A model generated the notes under the pieces. That model worked only from the letters and a program-made list of their open reading frames with translations, was not told the DNA's origin and did no database searches. The translations under genes and the position numbers were made by a program. From the NCBI GenBank assembly GCA_024679065.1, contig JAGIQG010000019.1, positions 37,696,001-37,760,000 on the forward strand: a stretch of 64,000 nt of DNA, written 5' to 3'. This DNA is from Sphyrna mokarran. Its lineage: Eukaryota. Of this stretch, positions 11,049 to 24,042 are shown piece by piece; within the stretch, counting starts at the first letter, position 1, and the number at the start of each line of letters is the position of its first letter.

Positions 11049-14000
11049 AATAACCAATATGCCACAATGCCGACTTGGAAAATCTTTAATAGGCATCAAC
11101 ATCCAAACCCCACCTGGAGTATGATAAAACCCTGCTTCAACAACTAGACACCAACAGCAATGCAATGCCAATGGTTTCTTATTGGAATGATAGTGAGAAG
11201 GTGCATGTGTCATAGATTATCTTTTGAAAAATGTATCTGAAACACACTGCCATGCTTTATACTAGATAAATCAAAGGATAACTGTCATGGGTAGTGAACA
11301 AAAGTATCTGTCTCAAAGGGGATGCAACTTCATAAAAATGTGTGCGGCAAGATCTTTCCGTTTGCTCGTAATCACGTGGCATGATGATGCATTACTTGTG
11401 CATTAAGTTATCCTGATGAGAAACAATGTGATTATTTTGGTTCTACTATCTCCTGGAAATAAGGAGGATCATTAGAGAACTTTGTGTGACCATTGGGTTC
11501 CTTTAAGTGAATTGTAGATATAAATGGAAATAACTAAGACTATTTAGTAGCTAGAATAGTTATTGTCACCTTTATCCTTTTCTAGCAGCAAGATGTTTTC
11601 CAGCTCCTACAATGCTTCTATGAGATTAGACACAATAGGTAGATTTAGCATTTGGAGTGGAAGGATCTTGATTCCAACTGGCCACAACAGCAGTCCTATT
11701 AGAGAAACAACCTATCCATAAAATAGGAGAATTTTTAAAAAGCTATTGTCAACTCAGATCTGAACATTAACTCATGACATTTTATGCTGTTGGATGTTGA
11801 GCAACATTAGAAAGTCAAATATTTGTGCACTTATCCAACCAAGAATCCTACACATCTTGATATGAGCAGTTGATTATGAGTTGAAATGATTCAAATATTT
11901 CTCCTCAAAAACTATTAACAATGTACTTGATGTTTGTGAATAAACATGGAGGAGATAGATAGGACTTTAATCAGTAGCAGGATGAGAATTATTGGGGAGC
12001 GGGCAAGAATATGGAGATGAGATTGAGTTGAGATCAGCCACAATCATATTGAATGGCAGAGTAGTCTCAAGGGGCTGGATTGCTTACTCCAGCTCCTAGA
12101 TGTTATGTGACCTTGTACACTGAAGACAGCAAAGAAATAGAGAAGAAAGCCAAAATGCAAGGACTGTACCAGTTTTCTGCAGCCTAAGTGTTTATTTTTA
12201 ACAATTCCAGCTGCTCCATTCTCCCAACAGAAATAAAGATAACGCGACTCACTACAAAATCTGCCCTCTTGACTATAGAAGACTTTGGCTGTGATCACAT
12301 GTACAATTAAGATGGTTTCTCAACTCCCACATTACATTAGGAGCTGCCAAGGTCAATCACTATAAGCTGTTCATGTTAAAAATAAATAAAGCCAAATGGC
12401 AAACTCCCAAGACTTGGTTGGACTGAGGCCTTGATTACTAAACATCTCAAGGTACTGAAGGAGGAAGATGTCACCTCCTCAGTCAGAATCATCTGGTAAA
12501 TTTGAGATGGGACTTCTATTGGAAAACAATTATCTCCTACATCAGGTATAGTGAGCAAACATTATTCCTGACAATCTAGAAATTACTGTTGATCATAGCA
12601 GTGAAAAGCCATATGTGTTGATGTAATATCCTCTATCCATTATTTTAAGGCAATGCTATCCATTTATTTTATCTGGAATGTTAAATTAACGTTGCTTAAT
12701 GTGATTGTCCACTGACATTAGTGCTGATCATTCTTTCAACGATCTTTCTATTCATCGTTTCCTTTCCAATTCAGCCTCCCACCTCATCTCCTTAAGATGT
12801 TCGCTTGTACCACAGGCAAAATCACACCCAACTAACCAATGCTCATCTATCAGCCTTGGCAATGGATGCATCAGCCTATTAAACCATGGGAGGGGAATCA
12901 AAAAAAAGTCAGTTCTCATACATTGCACTTTTGAGCAGGAGTCACTGGATACTTTTCAGAGTGGGTTTCTCTTTCTTAAACCAGGGGTTCTGTATCAATT
13001 ATGGCACCTCTATGAGTGCTCTGACTATGCCACAGGGGCTGGTGACTGAACTTTGGATGTTCAAACTCTATGTGGCTCAATTACTTCCTGGGTGAATTCA
13101 CTGAGCTCATGGCGGGTAGCTAATGATCTTCTTAATAGGCTTCTTAATATCAATTATTAAACTAATGAAAAAAACCCTTCCTATCTCAAACATGGGCAGC
13201 ATGAATTATTCAAAGCCACTATGGCATCTGGAGTAATCTATCTGTATTTCTCGCTCATTTCTTATCCAAAGGTATTAATAAAACCATTTTTGTTTTCTTG
13301 TCTCTACAGTTGAGACAGGTACGTTCAGGTCCATTGAATTCAACCCCGAAGCAGTTACATTCCCAAGGACAATGGTAAAATGCAGGAAGATGCAGTCTTC
13401 AGGTCAGGTGGAGCCAACATCAGAACTTTGCCTCCAAGGGACTAAGCCTATACACATTGTACTGTCAGCCAAGCACAGAATACATTTTGCTTGTTGCTAG
13501 ATGCACTACAAGGTTTTATTTCTCTCTCTCTGTGATATACTGTACAAACTGGAAGATCTTCAACAACAAACCAAGGGACATGTAAGGCAAAGAAAGCAGA
13601 TGGTAGATCTTCAGTGCCTCTATCACAAACTGGGAGATAATTGGAATAGGGTACTTGTTTGCCTTGTTCAGTCATTGGCAACATCATGTCAGTATTCAGT
13701 CTGGCCCACTGAAGCCGGCTGACATGGTAGGCCAGCCTAAAACAAGGGTGAATGAACAGGGATACAGTCAGTTGGAAGAGCAAATTGGCTTCACATTTCA
13801 CTCAGTTTCCATACTCGTACCTTGCAACCAAGCTCCAGGAGGTTGTGATGCAGAACTCTGAATCCTCTGAAAACTCATCTATGGAGGTTTTGGGGCTACA
13901 TGTCCTGCTCTCATCTGGCTGAGGTGGCTATAAATCACAAAAGTGCCTCTTTCAAGGACCCTCAAGGAAGAAGTCCTCTCAACTTAACGTAAGGTTTGTG

Positions 14001-15340
14001 GTGAGGGTAATTATAACAAAATGTATATAGTTTTGGAAGTACAAGTAACAATGTAAATTAACTGCACTAGTCGCCCTAGCTTAGAATTTCCACAAGAACT
14101 TCCTCTGATCCTTCACTGTTACTTTGACCGAATCCCTGGAGAAATGCTGAAAACAAAATTGTCTTTTGACCCCTTCCTCTGGAAACTTCACTCCTCTTTT
14201 AGCCAAATTCTGTCAGGTTTGGTTCAATGGTAGCCCATTTATCTCTGAGTTAGGAGATCCAGATTTTAAGCTTCAGTTGAGGATTTAAATATGTATGCAG
14301 AGACAACATATGAAATAGTTTTTTTAATATAAATTCTTGCCTGCATTTTAAATTGCCAAACCCATGAACTGAATGGAATACCTGATTGAAGATGATCTTT
14401 TGCATAGTTATAAATTAGTTAGTGCTCCTTCTGATACTATGATCTTATAAGCTCTTCAAAAAACTCCCAGAACATGCAACCATTGGGAAAATATTTGTTC
14501 ACACCAGTAGCTACAAAGGTAATTCATTTTCTCCAGTAATCCTGCCAACAGACTGGAAACTGAAAACTTTACCCACGTTTAGATGGGAACTTAACAACAA
14601 TATCTTGCTTTTATCTGGTATTTTTTGAAGAATCTTCCACAGAGGTGAAGAGGAAGATTGAACAGTAATTGAAAAGAACTTGGGAGGCTTGAGCAAATAT
14701 ATGTGCAAAGCGATAGTTATTATGAGCATCCAAGGGTGTACTTGTTAACAAGGTAGGAAGGTTTTGGAAAAGCTGCAGAGAATGTGGCCAGTATACCTCA
14801 AGGCTCTAACATGAAAGGTGGAATGAAATGAAAGTCAATGTACAGGAACACTGTATCTGAAGGCACTGGCATATTTAGGGCTGGGGGAAACTGCAGACAG
14901 AGAGAGAGAATGTAAGGCCATAAACAAATTTGGAAAGAATTGACAACATGCCCAATATGAGCCATTTGGAATTTAGTAGTGGTGGGAAGAAAAAGGGCTA
15001 CTGGCAGTGCTGAAGTGGACACGATAGTAGAAATGTTAAGATAAGATCTCATTCGTTCTTTCTGGTTGAGAATGAAGAGCATTCCTGGGGAACAGTATGA
15101 GACAAACTCAATGTCATCAGCAATATTCCATCAAAAAACCTTTTGAACCATTGCTCTGGTGCCTGGACTCCACCTGTGATATTGCATTAGCTTTGGTTTA
15201 ATGTGAATAACTGAACGAATATGTGTAGGATTTCTTCAGCTGCATCCAAATTAAAAACTAGTCAAAGTTCTTACAAGAGATAGAATTGAATTGAGGCCCT
15301 TTGGAAAAGGACTAGGACGATCGAAGCAAAAGGCAAATCT

Positions 15341-15424
15341 CCTTTGCCCATTTTGGCACTAGCACATTTTTGCTTTTGTATATGGCCTTTGAGCAATTAT
15401 GTGTAGTGCCAATATAGGAAAAGG
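15341..15424 (+). ncRNA. MIR96: pre-miR-96 hairpin (5p mature 15352-15374; 3p 15394-15415)
   Basis: Exact mature miR-96-5p TTTGGCACTAGCACATTTTTGCT, complementary 3p arm CAATTATGTGTAGTGCCAATAT, and a CNNC motif (CAAC, 15433) about 17 nt downstream. Confidence 0.98.
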
Positions 15425-16068
15425 ATGCACGGCAACCATCATTGTCCAGGAAGAGAATACAACTTCTGACGGCCGAGACTCAGGAAGTAAAATCCACAGT
15501 ATAGGGCACAACAGAAAGTAGGAAGGAAGATGAGATAAATCAAGAAGTAATGATCAAGGGACAATGAACTTGGATGTTAAAAGACTGCAGAATATAAAAG
15601 GATAGTAACAATAGGGAAAATAAAGTTTGGGGGAAGATGGAGGTCAGGCAAGAGATGGCACAACGTATTTCTTGAACATTTCCATTTTGTCTTCATGTCT
15701 CAAAGTCTTCACTTTCTCACTAGCTTTCTCTAATGCTGTTGTTGCCAGTATAATTGCAATCTCCCGTTCTGTCTTTTTACTGTTCGATATTGGTGAAATG
15801 TTCCCTGGTGTACTGTGACCTTGCCACATTGGTAACTGAGCTGTATCGATGGTATTGATTCTCTTGTCACTTTTCCTCGCCATGGGGACTTTTTGCTATT
15901 GTTTCTCATTTCTGCACTGTCTGATATTGAGCCAGGTGCTGGATGACTTCATGGAGTCCGTTCAGTGCGGAAGTAAAGTGCCGGAACTTCATTGGAGGAC
16001 ACTACTTGCTTTGGTTTCACAACATGCCAAAGACACATTGCCAGCTTGGGCCGGAGGAGATAACTGCA

Positions 16069-16147
16069 TGGCTGTTTTTGGCAATGGTAGAACTCACACT
16101 GGTGAGATAGTGGGATCCGGTGGTTCTAGACTTGCCAACTATAGCCA
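16069..16147 (+). ncRNA. MIR182: pre-miR-182 hairpin (5p mature 16077-16100; 3p 16121-16141)
   Basis: Exact mature miR-182-5p TTTGGCAATGGTAGAACTCACACT and 3p TGGTTCTAGACTTGCCAACTA. The order 183-96-182 is the canonical cluster order. Confidence 0.98.
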
Positions 16148-17352
16148 GAAGGCAGAGCACTCTATCAGCCATAAAAAGTGGGGCTGTGTTACAGAGGTGG
16201 ACAGGAAGAGTGCATCAGATCTGGGTTGACTTGACTAACCTGACTGGGTTGACCTGCAACTATGAAAAGTCCAGCAACTACAGAGAGGATTAAACAGACA
16301 AAAGAAAATACATGACAGAGATAACATAAGAAAAACATTCTGGCGAGGGTCCTGGATAACCAAGAAATCTGATCAATAGCATGATATGGAACTGAAAATG
16401 GCTCGGAGCTCAGCGAGAACAAGAGAGACACACAGATAAGAACAATTGGCAACAAATAGGAGAGGCAAAATGGAATTCTTTTCATGTTATGATCTGGATT
16501 GTGATATTTGGAAGGGCCACAAAAGTAGATTCAATGTGACATTCAAATGGGAATTGTGTAATAATCTGAAAGAAAAATGTTGTAGAGTTATGGGGAACAG
16601 CAAGAGAGAGAGCTAATTGGATATCTCTCTTAAAGAGCTCACACATACATGATGGGTCAACTGGCCTTCTGCACCGAATGGTTCAGTGACAGGGATACAG
16701 GGAGTTGTGTGTTATCTATCTATCTACATATATATGTAAAGAAATGACACACAGAAATACATTGAGATTATAGGCATATATGCTAAAGGAAAGAAATCCA
16801 GATAAATAGGTACACACACATGTGCGCTCAGAAAGCTTTCAGAATAAATACACTTGAACTTAATGGCACTATTTACACCGAGAATAACTTCTGATACTGA
16901 CACATGACAGCACATTTGAATGTATTATATTGTGTTTGTTGTAAATTTACACTAAGTTTTGTTATGAAATATATGTTGCCTCTACATTGTTGAATAGCTA
17001 TGAATTGGACAGAAAGACCTTCTTTCTGAAAAGATTGTCTGAAGGGTGCCCAGCCAAGCTAATAGCTATTCTAACCGCACTATCAATTATGTTTTAAGCA
17101 CTCATGTCGTGACAATCAACTCCACTTTTACTGGTTTGCCCCCTCCAAGACTGATCAATTGTGGTTTCTTGCTATCTAAAGCAGGGTGTCAGCAGAAATG
17201 TTAATCACACAACAACATCCCAGTGACTCAAACTCAGCCCTGCTTCAGCAAATCTCTTCCACGCTTTGCTGATGCTTAAATGGGAAGTTTCACAATCCAG
17301 ACACTTTCTACTGAGGATTTTGGCATTGAACTCAATACTTGGCCAGATAATG

Positions 17353-17700
17353 GAATCATAGAATCCTACAGTGCAGAAGGAGGCCATTCAGCCCATCAAG
17401 TCTGCACTGACCACAATCCTACCCAAGCCCACCCCCCCCCCCCCCCCCCCACTGTTCTCCATAACCCTTTGCATTTACCCTAACTAGTTCCCCTGACACT
17501 AAGGTGCAATTTAATATGGCCAATCCACCTAACCTGTATATCTTTGGACTGTTGGAGGAAACCGGAGCACCTGGAGGAAACCCACGCAGATACAGGGAGA
17601 ATGTGCAGACTCCACACAGACAGTGACCCAAGCCAAAATCAAACCCGGATCTCAGGCACTGTGAGGCAACAGTACTAACCACTGTGCCAGCGTGTCATCC
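17353..17700 (-). mobile_element. HE1-type tRNA-derived V-SINE, near full length, CR1/HER1-type tail
   Basis: Minus strand shows a tRNA-like head (GGCACAGTGGTTAGTACTG, GGTTTGATTT), V-domain TGTGTGGAGTCTGCACATTCTCCC...GGTTTCCTCC, and tail GGGCTGAATGGCCTCCTTCTGCACTGTAGGATTCTATG. Confidence 0.9.
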
Positions 17701-18769
17701 CTAAAATTTGGGGTGGCACAGACAGTTGGTGCCCAGAACTCCTTTCAAATCACTGGAAGTATTCAGCAGCAGCAGAGGGTGACAGATGCATTGAGGTGGC
17801 GACAATCTTACTGAAAGGCTAACAACTGTAGTACCAACACTGCAAAACTATTGAGAGACAATCAACACTTCTTATCACAGAGAATAATACAGCCAATATA
17901 GAAACTCTTCTGTTTGATTTATGAATTCCGCATCCAGTACTCTGCTTTAAAAGGTACAGGAGTGGGTGGGCAAATTCTCGACTTTAAATAGGCTCTGTTT
18001 ATTTAATCAAATCAAACCTGGGTCTTTTTGTTTCTTGCCTAAATGTGAGTGACTGAAGACCCGCTACTAGAGAGAGAGAAACAATTCAATATAAAGGTGG
18101 CCAGTTCACTCAGCTGGTGAATGGTCCGAGATGTACAGTTCAGGAGGGTGAGCAGTCCACTCTGCTCAGCCAATCAGTGGGCCCAATAATTGTCCTCAGT
18201 GCCTCTGGAAGAGTCAATCAGATTTCCTGCTCCCAATTACTATGTAGTGAAACTTGGTGTATTGTGCCTGTGTATAGCTGAGTACTGGACATAGAGAGCC
18301 CAACTCACAACCCCCACTCCCTACACAACTGTTCAAGGTTGAATAGTCTGCCAAGTAATTACTGTCTTGACTCACGTGGAAACTATGGAAGCAGACACTG
18401 CATACTGCAGCAATGGCACTCAGCCCAGTAAGTGGGAAGAAATCAGTACAGATCTTCAGGCAGAGTGGAACCCAGGGCATTCCCAGTATTGCAGAGCTGC
18501 TGGTCCCAGCCACACCGCTGCTAAGAGGCATCAAGGGGAAGAAAAGGAAACAGGATTGGATGGAGAGAGCTGTCACAGAGCTTTGCCCTTAGGGAGAGTG
18601 GGCTCGCCATTCCCCTTGAAACATCCATCCAGCTGCAGAAAAACTGACCCTGAGTGATTTCCCGGGAATTCATTTTGTTCCATCCACCTGAAATTATTGT
18701 GCCCGAGAATTGCTAGTAAAAGATTTCTGCCCACTACTGACAACCCGGTGTCCCCCACACCCAACAAGA

Positions 18770-19452
18770 CTGGGGTTCTGCTGTGTTCAGATCTGGGTTC
18801 CGCTGTGTCTGGGTTCTGCTGTGTCCAGATCTGGGTTCCGCTGTGTCTGGGTCTGGGTTCTACTGTGTCTGGGTCTGTGTTCTTCTGTGTCTGGGTCTGG
18901 GTTCTTGTGTGTCTGGTCTGGGTTCTTCTGTGTCTGGGTCTGGGTACTTGTGTGTCTGGGTCTGGGTACTTGTGTGTCTGGTCTGGGTTCTTCTGTGTCT
19001 GGGTCTGGGTTCTGCTGTGTCTGGGTCTGGGTTCTGCTGTGTCTGGGTCTGGGTTCTTCTGTGTCTGGGTCTGGGTTCTGCTGTGTCTGGGTCTGGGTTC
19101 TACTGTGTCTGGGTTGGGTACTTGGTGTCTGGTCTGGGTTCTTCTGTGTCTGGGTCTGGTCTGCAGTGTCTGGGTCTGGGTACTTGTGTGTCTGGTCTGG
19201 GTTCTTCCGTGTCTGGGTCTGGGTTCTGCTGTGTCTGGGTCTGGGTTCTGCTGTGTCTGGGTCTGGGTTCTTCTGTGTCTGGGTCTGGGTTCTTGTGTGT
19301 CTGGTTTGGGTTCTGCTGTGTCTGGATCTGGGTTCTGCTGTGTCTGGGTCTGAGTTCTGCTGTGTCTGGGTCTGGGTTCTTCTGTGTCTGGGTCTGGGTT
19401 CTGCTGTATCTGGGTCTGGGTTCTGCTATGTCTCAGGTCTGAGTTCTGCTGT
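18770..19452. repeat. Minisatellite, ~22-bp unit GGGTTCTGCTGTGTCTGGGTCT
   Basis: About 30 head-to-tail variant copies with no unique spacers. Confidence 0.97.
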
Positions 19453-19684
19453 TCCACTCAGTTGCTGCCCATTTAGCAGGAGTGCAATCCAGGCCACAGT
19501 GTCTTTTTCCTCCATGCTGGAGTTACCTGCTGAGATTCAGGATTGTTTTGCAAAGTGCTTCAAACATCTCAGCTTCACCTTAGCTCCTGAAATAACATGA
19601 GCATTGTACTGGAACAAACCTCCACCTTGACTTTCACTTCTATTGTTTCCTCAACCTTGACTGTCACTTTCTGCTGAGACTATA

Positions 19685-19800
19685 GTCTCAGTAAGAATTT
19701 AGCAACACCAATTTATAATCCAACCGATTTATTTGATAGTAAAAACGCGAGCTTTCGACTCCTGTGTCTTCTTCAGGCAAATGCAGTGTTCTGGTCTGCA
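19685..19800 (-). mobile_element. Penelope-like pseudo-LTR containing a minimal type I hammerhead ribozyme (19746-19779)
   Basis: Minus strand UGC-CUGAAGA-A-GAC-ACAGGA-GUC-GAAA-GCUC-GCG, followed by AATAAA...GTTGGATTATAAATTGGTGTTG...TTCTTACTG. Confidence 0.7.
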
Positions 19801-20879
19801 ATAGTACACATCAGCACAGACAGTCAGAGATTGCTGATTAGAATGCGAATCCTTACATCTAACCTGCTATTGAAGTATTAAAGTGGCGAACAATGTGTGT
19901 GAAGGGAATCCTGAGCATTGTTGGAGAATTGTGTGTTTTCTCCAGACAGCACAGTAAGTGAGGTTTTTTGCTAACCCAGGCAAGTTACAGGGGTAACATC
20001 GAGACTATAGTCTGTCAGGTGTCTCTATTCCAATAGCAAATCTCAGCTTTTCTTTTCTGGGCTGCAAGTGTTTGGTTCTATGCTTTGCCCCCTTTGATCT
20101 ATTTGTGTTTGTCCTCATCCTGCTCTGTCTTCTGATGAATGATGTTTGTTGCTGAACACTTGTTTCCAGTGGCCACTGACCCCAGGCAACCTTTGGGACA
20201 TCTCTTTCACTGGGACTTTTGGCTCTTCTTACAAATTTTGTTCTCCACACTTTCCAACAACTATTCCTTGGACTAGCTGCCTCACGCCCACTATCTCCTA
20301 TAACACCGTAAATTTATTTCCCACCCACTCCTGGCTTCCTTGGGCTTTACGAATACAACTCCCCTGCAGAAATGCCAAATCCTCTAGTCTGCATTGCCAA
20401 CATTGAGGCCATTGCCTACCTTGAGAAATCTCAAGAGCAACACACCTTGTCTCATTGTGACTTCCCAGTCCTCCAGCAACATGCCTCTCATACTCTCCTT
20501 GTCCACAATGCTTTCTGAAACTGGGCATTAGCATGTTGGTGATAACATCTATTTCTGCCCTTTTCACAAATCAACTTCATCTATTTTGGATTTTAACTTT
20601 AGGCTCTGTTGTACTCTGCCTTCCTTGTGGCCTTTTATACCCAGCACTAACCTTTGCAATGTCTGAATTCTCCATGTGACCATTCCCATGCTGCTCCTGG
20701 TATTATTTCTGGCTCTCTTTCTTCTTATCCTCACTCAGATCTTTCTCTTCCCTGTTCTCCCTTGCATTCCCGATACCTGACCAGGTCACCTTTCATTTCT
20801 CTCCCCCTCAGCTCCCTTTTGGATACTTTGCTCATTAATCACTACCCCATTTCCTTTCCTGAACTATTTATTTAGCATA

Positions 20880-22880
20880 AATTTCCCTACCAATAGTCAC
20901 AAACAAAATCTTTGTCATTTCATATTGTCTGCCTGCTTCCATTGGTTTGATAATTGATAAGAAAATCTCCAACAATTTGTTTGTATCTCTCACTATCCAA
21001 ATCTGCAACCTCTCTTCCTTCCATGTCCCACAGCTCCCTACCCCTCACTCCTAGAGAACATTTTCCTTCAAGCTACATCCAACTTTTCAAGTTGCCTCAT
21101 ATCTAACCTCAGTTTGTCATAACACTTATTTAACCAATGATCTGCTTAACCATTCCCTCTCCAGTACGTTTGTTATTTTTGCCCTCAATTAAACTTTTAT
21201 TCTTGCCCATCCTCCTTTGAAGTAAACCCCACCCCCAACCCCATACTTGACCACTGGTGTTCTCAGAGTGTTATCCTTAGCCCCCATTTCTTCCTATCTA
21301 CATGCTGTCATGAGGCGAGGCAGCATACTGCAAAGATATGCGATTAGCTGTTACAGAAATGTAGTTAATACTCCACTGGCTCTTTCAACCCCTCCGCTGT
21401 CTGTGTGGCTGACATCCAATCTTGAATGAATTTCTTTTTCTACCACTTCAATAATGGCAAGGCAAAAGCCATCATCTTCACCTCTCCCACCCACACACCA
21501 ATTTTGATTTGATTTCCCTCCTTTGGTCGTTGTCTCAGCGTGAACAAAATTGTTTGCAACCTCAGTGTCCTATTTAACTCCAGTACGAGCTTCTGATGGA
21601 AATTCCAGCATCTATATACTTTGTAAAAAAATTACTAGGGTAAAGCACAAGTATTACAAATAATTTTGAATAATTTTTTTTGAATAATTACTGAAAAATA
21701 GTGACCAATTTCAATTGGGCAGGAGAGAAAACTGAATAAAAATAGTTTTCATATGTGCGTATTAATAGATTATTCAAACAATGTGATTGTTTTAGTATCA
21801 TTGAGAAAGACAGCAAGTAGAAATAATTGGTGAAATAATCAAAAGTGAAATGTGGACAAACATTTTTACCCAGTGAGTTGTAACCACTGGAATTCTTTAA
21901 CTGAGGATGTGGTGGAGGCAGATTCAATCATGGTTTTTTAGAAAATTGGATAAGAACCTAAATTTGCAAGGATTTGGGGAAAAATTGGGAAAGTGGGACT
22001 AACTGGATTGCACCTGCAGAGAGCTAGTACAAGTTTGATGGACCAAATAGCCTTCTTCTGTATCCTATTCATCATAAAGACCGAGTGTGTCTACTTTAAT
22101 AACATTGTCCATCTTCAACACCGCTACAATCCATCAAATGCTCAAATTCTTACATCCAGACTATTATTTCAATACTGCCCTGACTGAACACTTATTCTCC
22201 ACAATCTTCAACTCTGATACTCATATCATACTTTGAGGATAAGGGATAAACCTTTTAGAACTGAGGTGAAGAGAAATTTTTCAGCTGATAAATGTATGGA
22301 ATTTATTACCACAAAGAAGTTGAGGCCAAGATGTTGGCTGATTTCAAGAAGAAATTCAATATAGCTCTTGGGGCTAAAGGGATCAAGGGATATGAAGGGA
22401 AGGGGGATCAGGATATTGAATTCAATGATCAGTCATGATCAAAATGAATGATGGGCTGGCTCAAAGGGCCAAATGGCTTACTCCTGCTTCTAGTTTTTAT
22501 ACTTCTATATAGAAATCTCAGTGTCCAGCTCATCACACTTATCTCACTAGCTGACAGTAGCTTCCTGTACCCCAGTGTCTCTTGTTTAATATTTTGATGA
22601 TTATGTTTAATTCTTGTTCCGGCCTCATCTTTTTCTATGTCTGTGACCACCTCCATCCTTACAACTGCCCCAGAGTTTTCCATTCCTCACTCTTTGGTCT
22701 CACATTCATTCCCCCTCTTTTTGTCCTATCATTGGTAACCATTTTTTCTTTGACCATTTCTTTGGCCAAGCTTTTGGCCACCACTCTTATCATCTCCCTC
22801 TTTGGTTCACTGCTCATTTTTGTTTGATTGCACCTTGGTGAAGTCCTTTGAGACACCTTTCTGTAGTACATGCACATTAC
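20880..22880 (+). mobile_element. Decayed L2-clade LINE (RT to 3' end) with nested CR1 3' fragments (~21830-22065 and ~22230-22510)
   Basis: 21247-21429 reads TTGVLRVLSLAP...ILQRYAISCYRNVVNTPL, a degenerate GVPQGSILGP...ISFHCYADDTQL. L2-like 3' sequence resumes after the CR1 inserts. Confidence 0.6.
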
Positions 22881-23039
22881 TGATTTCTCTCCAGCTCAAT
22901 GGCTTTCTGTCATCTCTGTTCTGGGTCCCTTGCTCCCTATATATTCCTTGAGTCAATATGTCTCATAATATACTGCCTACTGATGATACATGGGATAATC
23001 AGTGAATTCATAGGCCTTTCTAACACAAATTCATCTTGG

Positions 23040-23555
23040 TATAAAACTGGAAAATGCTGGAAATACTCAGCAGCTCAGACAGCATCTGTGACAAGAGGAC
23101 CAGAGTTGATGTTTCAAATTGATGACTTTTCATTAGAACTGTCTTGGGATCTTGCATGATAGTTGGTCAATGAGTAGAGGGTAGATTGATGACACGGGTG
23201 AATGAGCTGTACATTTAAGGATGGATTTATAACTTGGATCAATGTGAAGGTATGGACATTCATACAAGGAAGGTGGACCACCTGAGTGAGAGGAATATAC
23301 TCACTAAAGGCTTATGTGTCAAGTGTCAAACCCTGCAGAAATATATTGAATGTCTCTCATTGAGCTCATTGTTGAACTTTTGCTCGGTAAAAGACGCGGA
23401 TAAATATTAACAGAAACATAAAATATTGCTGGAAAGCTGAAATAAAAACAGAAAATACTCAAACTACCCAGCAGATCTGGTGGCATCTGTGGAGAGAGAT
23501 CAGAGTTAATGCTTCAGATGTCAATGACCTGCTAAATATTTCCTACAATTCTGCT
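23040..23555 (-). mobile_element. Two Penelope-LTR-like remnants (23040-23140 and 23430-23555)
   Basis: AAATGCTGGAAATACTCAGCAG...CAGCATCTGTG...GAGTTGATGTTTCA...GACTTTTCATTAGAACT. Confidence 0.6.
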
Positions 23556-23862
23556 GATAAACACAAGGCTGAGAACAAGGAAATTTGGTGAGATACTGAC
23601 TTCGGGATGGTGGAGACAGCAGGTCAGTGTTGAATAGCAGAAATATTAAAATCAATGAGTTTTCTAGCTGGTTCCCTCGGGGAGCAGTGAGTGTACAGAA
23701 CTCTCTCACAGCTGAGTAATTGAGTGAGGCAGTATCCAGAATAGATCATACATTTTTATGAAAGGGACAAGCTTGATGGATTAAATGCCCTCTCTGCCAG
23801 ATGTTCTAATGTTCAGCCATTCAAATCAAATGTTTTAACTTGTTTCCATTTGTGCTTCACAG

Positions 23863-23925
23863 ATATTTTTTGAAAGTCCTCTGGAGATGCACTTCAGTCC
23901 AATGTGAGATTAGATATGTAGTTGG
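23863..23925 (+). ncRNA. Candidate downstream non-coding exon of the host transcript
   Basis: Acceptor ttgtttccatttgtgcttcacag and consensus donor TGG|gtgagt, 63 nt long. Confidence 0.35.
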
Positions 23926-24042
23926 GTGAGTATGAATCAGTCATGGGTCCAGGTCAAAAAATACAAAGGGGTTTCACTCTTGCAGGGCAGAAACTGTTTA
24001 GGCCTGATTCAAGAGATGCTGAACAATCAACCATCAAGGTTT

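Noticed and set aside
15849-16229. 126-aa ORF overlapping miR-182
   Set aside because: No recognisable homology. The region is explained by the miRNA hairpin, although a miPEP cannot be excluded without ribosome profiling.
17600-17700. tRNA gene-like A/B boxes, here and in other SINE heads
   Set aside because: These are tRNA-derived SINE heads continuous with the V-domain, with no cloverleaf or terminator.
18573-19600. Overlapping 218-296 aa ORFs, and a possible CRISPR-like array
   Set aside because: A stop-poor 22-bp tandem repeat is open in several frames. There are no unique spacers and no cas genes, and the DNA is eukaryotic.
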